In this document: in pieces, positions 29,978 to 42,655 of the stretch
Layout: each line of letters starts with the position of its first letter
Position numbering within the stretch: position 1 is the stretch's first letter
Assembly (NCBI GenBank): GCA_965603825.1
Contig: CBFDEM010000022.1
Coordinates: 248,001 to 312,000 of the forward strand
DNA length: 64,000 nucleotides
Direction of reading: 5' to 3'
DNA from: Blepharisma stoltei ATCC 30299
Lineage: Eukaryota > Protista > Ciliophora
Program-made: the position numbers and the translations under genes
The notes under the pieces: model-generated
What the model was told of the DNA's origin: nothing
What the model saw: only the letters and a program-made list of their open reading frames with translations
Databases searched by the model: none

Positions 29978-31696
29978 ATGGATCTCGCATTAAATGATCT
30001 CCTTAATGATCACCAAATCAAAGATATTTTTCATAAAGAATCCCAAAAACAAAACATTACAGTTGATGGCATGCTTCCAACAATTCTTGACAGAATTTCA
30101 TCATTATATGGGCTTGATTTAGAAGGAGCTCAAGATTATTTCAGGAATCGCATTAATTTTGATGACGAAGAAGATATTATAGACCCATTGTAAGTTCTAT
30201 TCAGAATGATAACTTGGGAACAATTCCAATTAAGACTTGCTAATTTTTTAGCATATATTACAGGGACTGGTGAAACAGTTATAAAAAATATAAAGAAGAG
30301 ATCATCAAAACTCATAAAAAATACCCCAGCTACTGTAATTGAAAAAACCAATGAAAGCCGCTTTATAAGAAAAGGGACTCCAAGGATTATAAAGAGATCA
30401 ATAAAAGCTAGAAATTCAGAGTCACCTCCTAAAGTTTATTATGAAAAGCCGCAAGAACAACGGTCTTGAATATCCCCTTATTTAAACGAATATTTTGAAG
30501 ACCTAGTCGCAATTTTCCAGCAGCTTGACACAAAAAACCAGGGCATGATTGATGCAGGTGAGCTTAAAGAAGGCTTGAGAATGCTATTAAAAATCATGAA
30601 AGTAAAGAAAGATGGAGATTTGTTTTTGTTTGATAGAATGATAGAAAACAGATTTAAATTAATTCAACCAAACTCAAAAACGAGCTATAGCAAGGTGTCT
30701 TTGTATAGTATGATTGAAATTATTGAAGAGTGGGCATTAAAAGAGTCTTATAATAAAAATTCATTGAGGGAAGAACTAAAGAGCTCTATTGATGAGTATC
30801 AAGAGCTACTACAACAATTTCCTGCAGAAGAGGCAAAAGAAATTAGAGAATTAGTGAATTCTCTTAAAGAAATTGAAAAGAATTTATATGAATCTAAACC
30901 AGCCCAAGACTCTATGAGAGAAAAGCAAATAAAAGGATTGAAATTTATTTTCAATTTTTATGCAAGGCAGACCCAAATGTTTGGAAAATCGCCAACTTTT
31001 GATGAGCTAACAAAGATTAATAATATTTGAAACATCGGAAAATTTTTCAAATTCTGCACCGATTTCGGAATTATGGGCAAGCAAAATCAGTCAAGAAAGC
31101 TCTCCAAATCTGATTTAACACAAATTTTTCAAGTCTCTGCTGAAAATTCTTTAGCGATGAATGAAACCTCATTTATGGTAAAAGTCATTTAGAAAGCCCT
31201 TGACCAAATAGCAGATCTGTATTATAATAATCAATTTGATGCCCTTATGGGTGAGCACACAAGTAGTCTCAGTCTTGATTCCAAAAAATCCCTTCTTTAT
31301 CAATTTCTTGATTGCGGCGATTCTTCAATCTATATGCAAAAAGTTAAAGGCTTTGGTCTACCATTCAGTAGCCAAAAAGAAGGCTTTCGAATTGATCCCA
31401 ATGATTTAAGCAAAAATTATAAGCCAAAAATATCTGAAAAGCGAAAACAGCTGCTTCGACAATGAAAACAAAAAAAATTGACCCCAGATTTAAGGATTGA
31501 AAAATCACTTAAATTTCAAGAAAAAGGAGAAAAATCAATTATCGAGCCTAGAGAAAGAATACGATTAAACCGATCCGAAGAAATCCCTGAGCAAGAAAGC
31601 ATTACTTGGAATCAGTTGAACTATATGGACTTAAATAAATATTTAAAAGAAGAAGAATTCCAAATGCTTTTGCAAGAAGACGAAGAATTTTTGTAA
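29978..31696 (+). CDS. EF-hand / p25-alpha-like protein
   Basis: Introns 30190-30204 and 31178-31192; TGA at 30467, 31028 and 31463. EF loop DTKNQGMIDAGE. WNIGKFFKFCTDFGI..LTQIF..FMKALDQIA resembles TPPP/p25-alpha. Confidence 0.7.
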
Positions 31697-31721
31697 TAAA
31701 TTTTATAATAAATATAGAAAG

Positions 31722-32576
31722 ATGGGAGAAAAGACAAGTTGGTGGAGCAAAGTCACCGATGCGACGTGAAATGGCTTAAAGAAGGGGGTAGGCCAAGCTG
31801 GTAAGGCTATAAGCTATGTAGGAGACAGCGTTATGAATGCTGGAAAATGCTACATGTGCCTGAAACCTGCGGAATGTGATATTAATTGTGGACATATTTT
31901 ATGTAGGGCTTGCCTGGCATTTTATGTTGAGAGCCAAGGAAACACAAAAGCAGATCAAATTGCTTGTTTTATTTGTGGAAAACAGATACCATTTGAATTT
32001 ACTCAAGAATTTCTCAAAGATAATCAAGGTGCTTTAAAGGATTTGGAAGAAGAAAAAGTGCCTGCTAGAAAAATCCCAAAAGCACCTCCAAAGTTAGATT
32101 TATTCAAAAAAGATTCATCAGAAAAAAGTAGCAGTATCCCTCAGCAAGCTGGCCCAAGCAGCAAGATCCAGCCACCATTGGGTCCAATTAATTCTCAAGA
32201 AATAAAAGAGCCCAATGGTCTTCCTCAACAAAGCGAGCAACTCAATTCTCAAATTCCTTCTCTTCAAGATTTATCTGCTAAAGATTTGACCGAGAAAAAA
32301 AGCGATTCCCCTAAATCAAGCTACCCGAAAAGCACAATTCCACCACCATTTCGTCAAAATATACCTCAAATAGGCAAAAAAGCCAGTGACTCTCTTCCAA
32401 TATTTGAGCCAGCGAATAAAATTCAACCTTCAACATCAACATTTAATAGTTTTCCACCAATCAGAAACTTTAATGAAGGGCAAAGGCCATTAGAAGAGAG
32501 GCTTAAAGATTCGCTGCCTTCATTGGCAGATTTGTCAAGCTCAGAGTCAGAATCAAGTGAAGAGTTCAATATTTAA
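31722..32576 (+). CDS. RING finger (C3HC4) protein with Pro/Ser-rich tail
   Basis: One TGA=W extends the ORF to ATG 31722. CYMC..CGHILCRAC..CFIC. Confidence 0.75.
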
Positions 32577-33014
32577 TCTGAGTTGAAGCATTAATTAAAC
32601 ATTTATGTGTTATTATGTAGAAGTTCATTTTATTTTTTGAGGATTCTCTTAATTTGAGAGCTCTATCTTAAAGAATCATACGTTATGCGAATTAATAGTT
32701 TAGGTAAATATTAAAAAACTTTCAAAGTCGAATATCCACTTTGAAATGCTATCCATATTTAAAGTATCTTTTATTTATGGATAGTTTTACATATATCAAC
32801 TTTTATTAATTGGCTATATGCTTGAAGTGTGCAGACAGTTGGAATTTTTCATAGTCGAATTCAAAGGTTAAATCGATTTCTGGTTTTGAGAACAATAAAA
32901 ATAATAACTAAAGCCAAATGTATTGCAATGTCCTACTTCAGAAGACAGTTTAGCAATAAATAATAGCAAGCTTGAGTCCAAACGGATATATTTCGATAGG
33001 AAACTATAATAAAT

Positions 33015-35981
33015 ATGACTGAAAGCGAAGAAGTCCATGAATCATCTGAAAGTAGTGAAAGCCACGAAAGCAGACTAACAGAAAACATCATTTTATTCGT
33101 CTTTTTAGGCTTAATTCTCTCTTTTTTCTGCTACCAAATCAAGAAAAGATTCAAAGTCCCAGTCGCTCCAATTTTGATTGCAGTAGGCGTTTTATACAAA
33201 GTTGGAGGCAATTATTTATACTTAGTCTCAGACGCAGTCGGTCTAATTGATCAGCTTTCCCCTGAAGTCCTAAATTTAGTTATTTTACCTCCTTTAGTAT
33301 TTGAAGCATCCTTGGCAACCGATTGGTATACATTTAAAAAGGAGCTCGGGCAAATTATCCCAATGGCGACTACAATGGTTGCTTTATCATCATCTCTAGC
33401 AGCCTTTGTCATAAAAACCTTACTTGGCTATGATTTTTCTTGGTCAGAAGCATTGCTTTTGGGCATCATTTTAATGGCTACTGATCATGTTGCAGTCGTT
33501 GCTCAACTTAAAGAAATCTATGCCAGTGAGCGATTGGAAACTTTAATATCAGGCGAAACTTTATTGAATGAAGCAGTAGTCATTATGCTTTATAAAACAG
33601 TGCTAGCTAGCTGCCTTGGTGATGCTGAAGGGGAGCAAGCAGTTGTTACTTTATTTGCTAGGCTGACTTTTGGAGGAATAATTTTAGGGCTAGTTTTTTC
33701 AGTGCTGATGGCATGGACAATCAAGAAATTAGTTAATGATGAGGTTCATGAAACAAATTTAACACTTATAGCAACTTATATGATTTTTTATTTGGCGGAT
33801 GGGACTGAACTAGAAACGTCAGGAGCTATTGGGGTAGTTACGTTTGGGCTTTTTATGTCAGCTTATGGGAAAACACTGGTCAGCCCAGCTGTTGAAGAAA
33901 CCTTGCATGCTTTTTGGAAAATTTTGGCCCAAAATATTGAATCTATTGTATTCATTATTGGTGGGATGGTTTTAGGAGCATTTGCTGTAGGCTACAGCGA
34001 TCTAGAAGTTGCTGACTTTTTAGAATTTTTACTATTATTTGTACTCCTTTATGTAATTCGAGCCATAGCTGTGCTTGCTCATTATCCCATTTTCAAATAT
34101 GTTGGCTATGGAATTACTTTTAAAGAGCTTATAGTGGTTATCCTTGGTGGTATTAAAGGAGTCATTTCAATCACTTTGGCACTTATGGTCTTCAATAATG
34201 AGCATTTAGACGAGCATTATCGTAATATCGTTCTATTTTTCGCTTCTGCAACAGCTTGCTTTTCTATAATATTTGGCAGCGTAATAGTAAAGGAAGCAGT
34301 AAAAAGACTTGGATTAGAAGAATTGACAGCCGTCCAAGAAAATATGCTGGTAGGTGTAACTACAGCTGTGCTGCAAAATACTTCAAAACAAATTGATAAA
34401 TTTAAAGGAGATAAAAACTATAGCCTTGTCAAATGGAATGAAGTACTAAATCTTACTGGATCCAGCGTTTTGACAACTCAGATGATTAAATCTACGAAGG
34501 CTGGTGCAAAATTACTTAAAAAATATCCAAAAGATTCCCCTGAAGAGCTATTGAGAAAGTATATGGAAGGATTCCAAATAGACTCAGGAGAGCTAGTTAC
34601 AGAAACTAGAAGAAGATATTTGACTACACTTAAAAGGCTATATTGGCATGAATTTGAAAATGGGCACTGCATGGGGTATACCGCACTTATTCTTATTGAT
34701 TCTGCAAATCAAGCTTTAGATCAAGAAGATCACCACATGGAAGATTGGGAAAAATTCGAAAATAGTGTGTACAACCACAGTTTAATGAAATTTTATTTAA
34801 AATTCTCAAAAATCCCTATAATTGGAAAATTCTTTGTTAAACTGATGTATGAGATGATTATCGTCGCTTATGACGCTGCAAGGGTGTTCATAAGAGTCCA
34901 TCATGAAGCTGAAGAACTTTTAGACCAAATGGAAGTTGATATAGACAAAGAGCTTTTTGAAAGAGTCATGGAAGAAGCTCATTCTCAGATCTTCCACTGT
35001 AAAGAGTTCGCAAAAGCTCATATAATTGACAGCTATCCAGAAATTATCGCAGAAGTCCAAACATATGAAGTCTGTAACGCTCTTTTGTTATCTCAAAGAA
35101 AACTAATAAAAACCATTTATCATCAAGGCTTAATTCAAGAGCTTGAATACGAAAATCTTTCTGAAACCATTGATTTGAATATAAAAAAACTGTCCCAAAG
35201 AGAAATTCCTAAGATGCCGACATTCAAAACTACCCTGAAAAACAGATTTTTGCGGGCTTCTGATGGAGAAATTGAAGAATTATTGCCACTTATAAGGCAA
35301 AAAACTTTCAAAGCTGACGAAATTCTTTTCACTGAAGGAAGCAAGTCAAATGGCGCATATTTAATTTTAAATGGAAGAGTTAGAGAACAAAGCTCTTGGA
35401 TTGACCAAGAATTGATTACTGGAAATATTGTTGGCGTACAGCATTTATTCCCAGAGTTTAATGTCAATACAACAACAGCAACCGCACTTACAACAGTAGA
35501 AACAGCTATTTTACCAATAGAAATCATAAATAATGAAGCATTGATGCTTGATTTATATAAAGAAGCTGTCGAAGAATTGTTGCTTCTTAATAAAACAAAT
35601 CTCGGGCTAAGTGAAGTAAAAGATGAGCATTTATTGAAAGTCGCGGGACACTCACAGATTTTATTAGTAAAAGCGAAAGAAGTTGCTGATGTAAAGCATG
35701 GAGGCATTTTATTGCATGGGAAACTGAATAAAAAGAGAGGCATAAAACTGATGAGACCTGATAATGAAGGACTGAGAGCAAGCGAAGACTCAATTTTTAT
35801 GTCTTTTCCAAAGGAGCTTGGGGAAAATCTATCTCATATGGAAAATATCCCTGAAGCTTTCTTAGATTATTATGGGAAGTCATTTAAGGATACTGATACC
35901 TTAAAATTGGAGACAGGGAAGAAGATGATTGAAGCTTACCGTTTGAGCTCAAAGCTAGTCCCAGTTTCTTCTAATAGTTAA
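33015..35981 (+). CDS. Na+/H+ exchanger, CPA1 SOS1/SLC9C-like, with C-terminal cyclic-nucleotide-binding-like domain
   Basis: About 12 TM segments. LPPLVFEA, ATDHVAVV, GETLLNEA, SGAIGVV; ETRRRYL..YWHEFENG; ILFTEG..GAYLILNGRV. Confidence 0.9.
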   Translation: MTESEEVHESSESSESHESRLTENIILFVFLGLILSFFCYQIKKRFKVPVAPILIAVGVLYKVGGNYLYLVSDAVGLIDQLSPEVLNLVILPPLVFEASLATDWYTFKKELGQIIPMATTMVALSSSLAAFVIKTLLGYDFSWSEALLLGIILMATDHVAVVAQLKEIYASERLETLISGETLLNEAVVIMLYKTVLASCLGDAEGEQAVVTLFARLTFGGIILGLVFSVLMAWTIKKLVNDEVHETNLTLIATYMIFYLADGTELETSGAIGVVTFGLFMSAYGKTLVSPAVEETLHAFWKILAQNIESIVFIIGGMVLGAFAVGYSDLEVADFLEFLLLFVLLYVIRAIAVLAHYPIFKYVGYGITFKELIVVILGGIKGVISITLALMVFNNEHLDEHYRNIVLFFASATACFSIIFGSVIVKEAVKRLGLEELTAVQENMLVGVTTAVLQNTSKQIDKFKGDKNYSLVKWNEVLNLTGSSVLTTQMIKSTKAGAKLLKKYPKDSPEELLRKYMEGFQIDSGELVTETRRRYLTTLKRLYWHEFENGHCMGYTALILIDSANQALDQEDHHMEDWEKFENSVYNHSLMKFYLKFSKIPIIGKFFVKLMYEMIIVAYDAARVFIRVHHEAEELLDQMEVDIDKELFERVMEEAHSQIFHCKEFAKAHIIDSYPEIIAEVQTYEVCNALLLSQRKLIKTIYHQGLIQELEYENLSETIDLNIKKLSQREIPKMPTFKTTLKNRFLRASDGEIEELLPLIRQKTFKADEILFTEGSKSNGAYLILNGRVREQSSWIDQELITGNIVGVQHLFPEFNVNTTTATALTTVETAILPIEIINNEALMLDLYKEAVEELLLLNKTNLGLSEVKDEHLLKVAGHSQILLVKAKEVADVKHGGILLHGKLNKKRGIKLMRPDNEGLRASEDSIFMSFPKELGENLSHMENIPEAFLDYYGKSFKDTDTLKLETGKKMIEAYRLSSKLVPVSSNS

Positions 35982-36152
35982 GCTAAAATCAATCTAATTT
36001 AATTTTTTATATTTTTCAATTTAATCCAGTGCGCTTTTTATAAAGCTGAATATTAAAAGCTTATTTATTCTTAACTTTATAAATTTCTGAGCAATTCCCT
36101 TACTAATTCCTCGACAATTTAAAAGCTTTGATTTTTCATTGGCTATAATAAA

Positions 36153-37127
36153 ATGGAAGGTGTAGTCAAAGTTTGCGTGACAGGAGCAGCAGGACAAATC
36201 GGATACTCGATCATCCCAATGATTTGCTCAGGAAATCTGCTTGGTCCTAACACCCAGATTGATCTCGGACTTCTTGATATTCCTCAATGTGAAGAAGCAC
36301 TTAGAGGAGTTGTCATGGAAATTCAAGACTGCTCATATCCACTTATTACCTCCATTAGACATGGATCAGACCCTCGCGATATCTTACGTGACGCTGATAT
36401 CATCATCTTCTTAGGAGGGTTCCCAAGGAAGGCAGGAATGGAAAGAAAAGAACTCCTTCAAAGAAACTGCAATATCTTCAAAGAACAAGGAGCAGCTCTA
36501 AATGAAGTCGGCAAGCCAACAACCCTCTGCTTAGTTGTAGCAAATCCAGCAAATACCAATTGTTTAATCTTAGCTCACTATGCTCCAAATATTCCTCGCA
36601 AGAATTTCTCAGCCATGACAAGATTAGATCATAACAGATCAATGCACCAAATTGCAGCTAAAGCTAGAACTCACAGTAGCGCAGTAAAGAATGTGACTAT
36701 TTGGGGAAACCACAGCTCAACTCAATATCCTGATGTAAACCATGGCACTGTCAATGGACATCCAATTAAACAAGCTGTTAACGACGATGCTTGGCTCCAT
36801 GGAGAATTTATTACTACAGTCCAAAGAAGAGGAGCTGCCATTATTGAAGCCAGAAAATTATCAAGTGCGATGAGCGCTGCCAAAGCTGCAGTAGATCACA
36901 TCAGGACTTGGGTCCACGGCACACCAGAAGGAGAGCATGTATCAATGGCTGTTCTCAGTGATGGATCTTATGATATTGATCAAGGACTTTGCTACTCATT
37001 CCCTGTCACTTGTGCTAATAAAGAATGGCATGTTGTGCAAGGACTTCACATTGACGAATTTTCTAGAGAAAAGATGGAAATTACCAAGAGAGAACTCATT
37101 GAAGAAAGAGACGAAGCACTCAGTTAA
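36153..37127 (+). CDS. MDH1: Cytosolic malate dehydrogenase
   Basis: VTGAAGQIGY, GFPRKAGMERKELL, VVANPANTN, TRLDHNR, WGNHSSTQYPD, RKLSSAMSAA. Confidence 0.97.
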   Translation: MEGVVKVCVTGAAGQIGYSIIPMICSGNLLGPNTQIDLGLLDIPQCEEALRGVVMEIQDCSYPLITSIRHGSDPRDILRDADIIIFLGGFPRKAGMERKELLQRNCNIFKEQGAALNEVGKPTTLCLVVANPANTNCLILAHYAPNIPRKNFSAMTRLDHNRSMHQIAAKARTHSSAVKNVTIWGNHSSTQYPDVNHGTVNGHPIKQAVNDDAWLHGEFITTVQRRGAAIIEARKLSSAMSAAKAAVDHIRTWVHGTPEGEHVSMAVLSDGSYDIDQGLCYSFPVTCANKEWHVVQGLHIDEFSREKMEITKRELIEERDEALS

Positions 37128-37213
37128 ACGTAATTAAGGCAATTTCATTAGTATTTATATGTTTTTGAAATACTATCCAAAAATTAATATTTTGTATATC
37201 AATAATTAATTTT

Positions 37214-38833
37214 ATGAGCAGAACAACGTTGAAGCTGAGAAATAACTTAACAACTATATTAGAGAAAGAATATGAAACTGGAAACTCATCGATGATCAAT
37301 ATGCTAAAAACCTATACAAGTGTTGAGAAAACTGAATTAAATACAACATTGGTGAACTCGCAGCTTCCTGAAAGTGGCAGCATGAGATCTTCTTATCCAA
37401 TTTTAACACCTTTGAGAAAAATGCTTCCTCAAACCTCAGCTAAATTGATGAAAATGAATCAAAGAAGATTAAAAGCTCTTAAAGAAAGCCCTATAATCAG
37501 CAAAAAGCTCTCTTTGGCAAATAAAAATCAAGATAACCAACAACAGCAAATTAGTTCGCAAGCTCCTATTGACATTAGCAATAAACTTTTAAATAAACTC
37601 GAATCAAATTTGGAGGCACTAATAAATGAAATAAAAGAAAAATTTCCCCAAATTGAGGTAATTTTTGATTGCTATGATAATCCAAGTGCAGACAAGAAAT
37701 ACAAATACATCTACAATATCGCTACAAATCAGCAGCTCAAGTCAATTGAAGAACTCTCTGAAAATACAACCATGATTTTATTGACAAACAGAAAAAATGT
37801 AGTTTTTGATGCAAATATCACAGGCTTTGATCCAGAAACAAATTCTATTGTAAATCTGCGAAATATTCCAACCGAAGACCATCAGAAATATCAGCCTCTC
37901 CCTAATTCCAACATGACATCTCCACATTCTATTGAGACAAAAAAGCAATCTAATTTCTATGAAATTCTTCCAATAATTATTAAAAAAAGAACTGATTATA
38001 TAGAGCAGCCGCAAGTTGTTCCAAGGAAAAATTATTTTTCCCCTCCAAGATATTATCATGGAAGAGCTCGCTCTTGTAAAAAGGTGCAAGAAGAAAAGCC
38101 TTTATTAAAGTTCCAGCATTCTGAAGTTTCAATATCAAGGCCTCAAATAAAAATTATCAGAGGAAATGCAGGCTTTAGACTGCATTATCGATATTATTCA
38201 GCCCCAAAGCTTAAAGAAGCAAACTTTACCACAGCTCCAATGCAAAAAATCAGCCTCCAAAATGAAACGAAACCTGTAACTTCGACAGTGAATTTCAATT
38301 TTAATGGAACAAAACTGAAAAATGATATGGTCAATATATGCATTAAATATAATTTAACTCCCGAAGAATTCTCCACGATGGTTCATGATTTCGTTGGACT
38401 TGAAATCATCGGAGACACAGCCGGGATAGTCTCTAAACAAGAAGTGATAGATTACTACAAAATTTCAGAGATTTGTATAAATGGTCTAAACACTGAGCTG
38501 GTACAAAGAGACTATATAACATGAGATGAATTTGCACATCTTTTTAGCATTTTTATTTCCCAAAAATGCAGCTATAATATGCTTTGCAGCTTTATATTGA
38601 ACCTTGTGGCTCCATTTTGAATACATGACGCTTCCCAAATGTTAATTAGTTTACGTTCTTTATTTTCCAATTTTTCGCCAAACGTCAAAATAATTTGACA
38701 AAAAATTTCAAATATTGTAGCATCTTATAAGACATTAAGCAGCACTTTTCAGATTGAAGAACTGAAGAATCTATTCCATGAAAAAATTAGTTTGCTGGAA
38801 TTAAGAATGCTGGTGTCTGAAATTAAAGCTTAA
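37214..38833 (+). CDS. Hypothetical protein, possible degenerate EF-hand C-terminus
   Basis: The ORF extends through TGA 38522 and two further TGA to TAA 38831-38833. Confidence 0.7.
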
Positions 38834-38959
38834 TAAATAATGAAAAAATAATTAAATCAAATGCATCAGGATAATAGATTCCAGAAGTCATAATAGTACT
38901 TTCTAACTGTTTATAGAATTCTAAAAATAAAAAGGGAATTTATTAGTCCTAATATATGC

Positions 38960-40162
38960 TTAATTACTCGGATGTTTACTATTAACAAGCCCTTTCCAAG
39001 CTGTGAAAATCATTCTCATAACCATACCCCCGGAAAATTCATTACTTCTAACTTTAGTGATGTAATTTCTATGCTTCCTCAATGAAGTCATATACGGTTC
39101 ATTTTTTTTATCTGGCTTCAATTCTTCGGTCTTTTTTATTCCTTCTCTAAACTTAAAAAACAGTTTTTCGATATTTTTCTCTTTAGATTCTGAATTTGAA
39201 TCTATAGATCTTCTATTATTGCTAGATCTCCTGTCAGTGACATTTAGATCTCTTTCTGACTCTAATGCAATTAATGTAGAACCTCCTCCAAATTTAGGAC
39301 TTTGCGAAATATAAGTCCCTCCTGATAGCGTTCTATAGTGTTTCTTATCTACAGATAGGAAAGCAGCTAGATTTTTCGATTTTTCTAAAAACTCTTGTGA
39401 AATTTTTTTAATCTCACTGATTGCTTGATATCCTTCTTTTCTTTTCGTAGTCAAGCTTTTATTTTGTAATGGACTTGGCTCTTTCGATAGAGTTTTATTA
39501 GAATAACTCGGAACTATTTTTGGTGAAGCTCTTATTCTACTTGTGGATTTTGAGTCTCTTGGTGAACAACTTTGGCGTGAGACAGCAGCTGTATTAATAT
39601 CTCAAGCTGAGTTTAGATTATTGTCCATAGTTTTTCGTTTTAAAAACTGCTTTTCTGCATACGAAACCATTTGGACTTTATTGCTGTTTCTGTTATCCTC
39701 GTATTCGGACCGAGAAGTATCACATGATAATGGGGTATTTGTCCTTGACTGCTTTGTTAAAATTATATGTGCGTTGTATGCCTCTTTGCAAGGAGCAGAA
39801 ATTTGCTGAAAAAGATTGCAAAGTTTGTCTGATAAGGATAGACCTTGATATGCGGCGATTGCGATGTATTTTAAACATAGTTCAAAATTTTGGTAAGTCA
39901 ATGAGCTTCGGGAATTTTGGTATTGTGTTGAACGGGTGACCACACGCTTAATATCTAGCATTGAAATTAAATCCTATGTTATGCTTACGGGAAATATTTG
40001 GGCATTCCTACAAAACTTGCAAAATTCTGAAAAAGATATTTTGTTATCTTGAGGGTTGTGCTGAGAAAAGATTGATTTTAAGTGTGGCCTATTTGACAAA
40101 AACAGAGTTTCGGGATTAACGAATTGTGGAGGATCGGGTATATTTGACTTTGAATGATGCAT
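38960..40162 (-). CDS. Hypothetical protein with N-terminal EF-hand/p25-like helices and Ser-rich tail
   Basis: Intron 39974-39988 (gtaagcataacatag) and TGA 39602-39604 join three ORFs. ISFSEFCKFC..IFPDLI..LTYQNFELCLKYIA. Confidence 0.75.
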
Positions 40163-40515
40163 TTTTTATAATTAAAATTGATATTCATAAAAAAATAATT
40201 ACTGAAGCAAGAGCATAATATTGACTTTTATTAGTTTATCATTTTTAAACGATATATGAAAGAATTTTCTTAATTAAATGGTTTATATTATTTATAGCAA
40301 AATCGATATTGCATAGATTATTAAAATGTGCTACCAAAATGAGCTAAAATTTATTCACCAATTTCATCATTTCAAAATATTTTTTCTTTTCACTTATTTT
40401 TTGCATTAAAAATTAAAAAATCTCTATAACTCAAAAAAAATCAAGACTTCCTTGTTATTTCAAGATTTAAACTCCAAATTATTTTAAATTTGAATTTTCT
40501 TTCCTTAATAAATTA

Positions 40516-42087
40516 ATGGCCTTATTAAGAGTTGACACTGAAAGAAGACTAGCTGAATTTTTCTCATCAGCAAGTAAAGGTGAGCAGGAAGTTGAAATTG
40601 CTCGTATAGCTCTTTCTGAAAACCGCGATTTTGATCCATACTCAGCTTTTAAAGTTCTCGACCGCTTTTCCAATGGCTATTTAAATTACTTGGATATCAA
40701 AGCATTTCTTGAGAACAATCGCATTTTTGCTTCATCCCAAGAAATTGATTTACTTATAAATCAATATGACTCAGACTCAGACGGTCGATTAATCCTCAAT
40801 GATTTTCATCAACTTACCCTCCCTTCAACCAACTTAGTTCTGCGTGACATTGCCTTAAATCGATCAGGCATTTTACGGTTATCTGCAGATGTCGAATTTT
40901 TACTTGTAAGGCTACTTGAAAAAGAGCTTAATTTACAAAGAAGACTAGAAGCAATCCGCAAGGACCTAGAGATTTTCCCAGATTTCTCTACTATCAAAGC
41001 TTTCGATACCATTGACTATCCTTCATCATCAATAATTACAAGGGACAAAATTGCTGATTTTTTGAGGAAAAACCTGATAAGTGCCTTTAATGACGACTTG
41101 GATGCTATTTTAAGAAGATTTGATGTAGATAGTGACGAAAGATTAAGCTACAGCGAATTTTCTGACGCCATTAAATCAACCACCCCATCCAGCTATGTAA
41201 AATCACCTATTAGAGATTCACCTTCAAGATCTGGAAGGCATTCATCACCTTTGAGAAGGTCTCCAAGTCCTACTCGAAGCCCGAACAGATCTATTGATGC
41301 TTCTTCAAGATTTGATGCTTCAATTACCAGAAGTCCAGGGAGATCCCAATTATTAGCAAGCTCCAGTGGCTTTGACAGATCATCTAGATCTCCTTCAGGG
41401 CAGCCTGAAGAATCAGAGCTTGTGAGCGTGTTCAGACAACAAATTGACTTAGACAGAGACTTAGAAGCTGCAAGAAGAGATTTGGCCTTATGTCCAGACT
41501 TTACAGTTATAGACGCTTTTAATCTGTTTGATTTAAATAACCTTGGCTACGTCACTCAGCTCGAATTTGAAGACACCTTAAGATCTCTAAGAGTTTATCC
41601 TATAAAAGACGAGGTTTCTCTGCTGTTCAAGCATTATTCATATATAGAAAGAAGACTCACCTTCACTGATTTTTCAAAAATTGTGACCACAAAAGACCTG
41701 GAATATGCAAGACTTATCAATAACAGAGTTCCTCAAAATTTGCCAAGGTATGATAGACAGCGCACTTTCAGCTTGACCACTGAAAATTTGCTATCAAGAG
41801 TGATGAAATTGCACTTGGAAAATGAATCAGTTGCTGAAAGCTTAAGACAGAAATTAGAAAGAAGGCCTTATTTTAGCAAAACTGACGCTTTTCAGTGCGT
41901 AGATAGGGATAGAAATGGATATCTCACGTTCAACGAGTTCGAAAATTTGTTGCAAGATTATGGGATTTATGCGTCAAGAAAAGATGTAGAAAATCTGATG
42001 GAGAGATACGATAAAGATCAAGACGGAAGAGTTTCTTATTCAGAATTTTTAAATGAGGTTACTCCCAAGTCTCCTAGGAAATATTAA
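40516..42087 (+). CDS. Multi-EF-hand calcium-binding protein with two homologous halves
   Basis: EF loops DSDSDGRL, DVDSDERLSYSE, DRDRNGYLTFNE, DKDQDGRVSYSE. RS/SP-rich linker between the halves. Confidence 0.9.
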   Translation: MALLRVDTERRLAEFFSSASKGEQEVEIARIALSENRDFDPYSAFKVLDRFSNGYLNYLDIKAFLENNRIFASSQEIDLLINQYDSDSDGRLILNDFHQLTLPSTNLVLRDIALNRSGILRLSADVEFLLVRLLEKELNLQRRLEAIRKDLEIFPDFSTIKAFDTIDYPSSSIITRDKIADFLRKNLISAFNDDLDAILRRFDVDSDERLSYSEFSDAIKSTTPSSYVKSPIRDSPSRSGRHSSPLRRSPSPTRSPNRSIDASSRFDASITRSPGRSQLLASSSGFDRSSRSPSGQPEESELVSVFRQQIDLDRDLEAARRDLALCPDFTVIDAFNLFDLNNLGYVTQLEFEDTLRSLRVYPIKDEVSLLFKHYSYIERRLTFTDFSKIVTTKDLEYARLINNRVPQNLPRYDRQRTFSLTTENLLSRVMKLHLENESVAESLRQKLERRPYFSKTDAFQCVDRDRNGYLTFNEFENLLQDYGIYASRKDVENLMERYDKDQDGRVSYSEFLNEVTPKSPRKY

Positions 42088-42655
42088 GTTAATAATTTAA
42101 TCTTATTTAACTAATTCTGCTTTAGAAATATGGATGATCTAAAAACGCTTTTATGGACTATTAGCATTTTTTATATTGATGTAATTAGGAAATTTTTTCT
42201 CATTGAGTGTTGGTTTTATGACTGAGGAGTCTTGGCGGTTTCATCTTATTATTAAAACTCTTTATCCGGCCATTTGAACTAGCTATACATGAATAAAATG
42301 CAGAGTTAAAGAACAGTGATGGAATTTAAAATAAATTATTAAATTAGATATCATGGATGAAGAATTTTTTAAATAAATATATAATTAACCTTTTTTAAAC
42401 TATTTCAGGCAAAAGTACTTCAAATATTATGAAATTTTAATTAATCACCTGAATTTATTAGATTGATAATTAATAGTCACCTACAATTATAATATTCGAT
42501 AACTCTTAAACCGAGGAGAGGAAATTTTTGCATTTTTATTCGGAAGAAAAGCCATATCTATTCTTATTAATATAATTTTTTTTTGTGTCTATTTCTCGAA
42601 TAACTCTTTATTTTATCCAAATTATGTGGAATCTGTACAGCCATAAGTAAAATAA

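Noticed and set aside
36153-37127. MDH as the reductase of the blepharismone pathway
   Set aside because: It retains the canonical malate-specific Arg residues (PRKAGMER, RLDHNR) and lies 28 kb from the aminotransferase, so it is an ordinary MDH1.
42088-42655. Possible small gene or ncRNA in the intergenic gap (short ORF from ATG 42130)
   Set aside because: Only about 41 codons, no motif, no consensus intron that rescues a longer frame, and no convincing snoRNA boxes.
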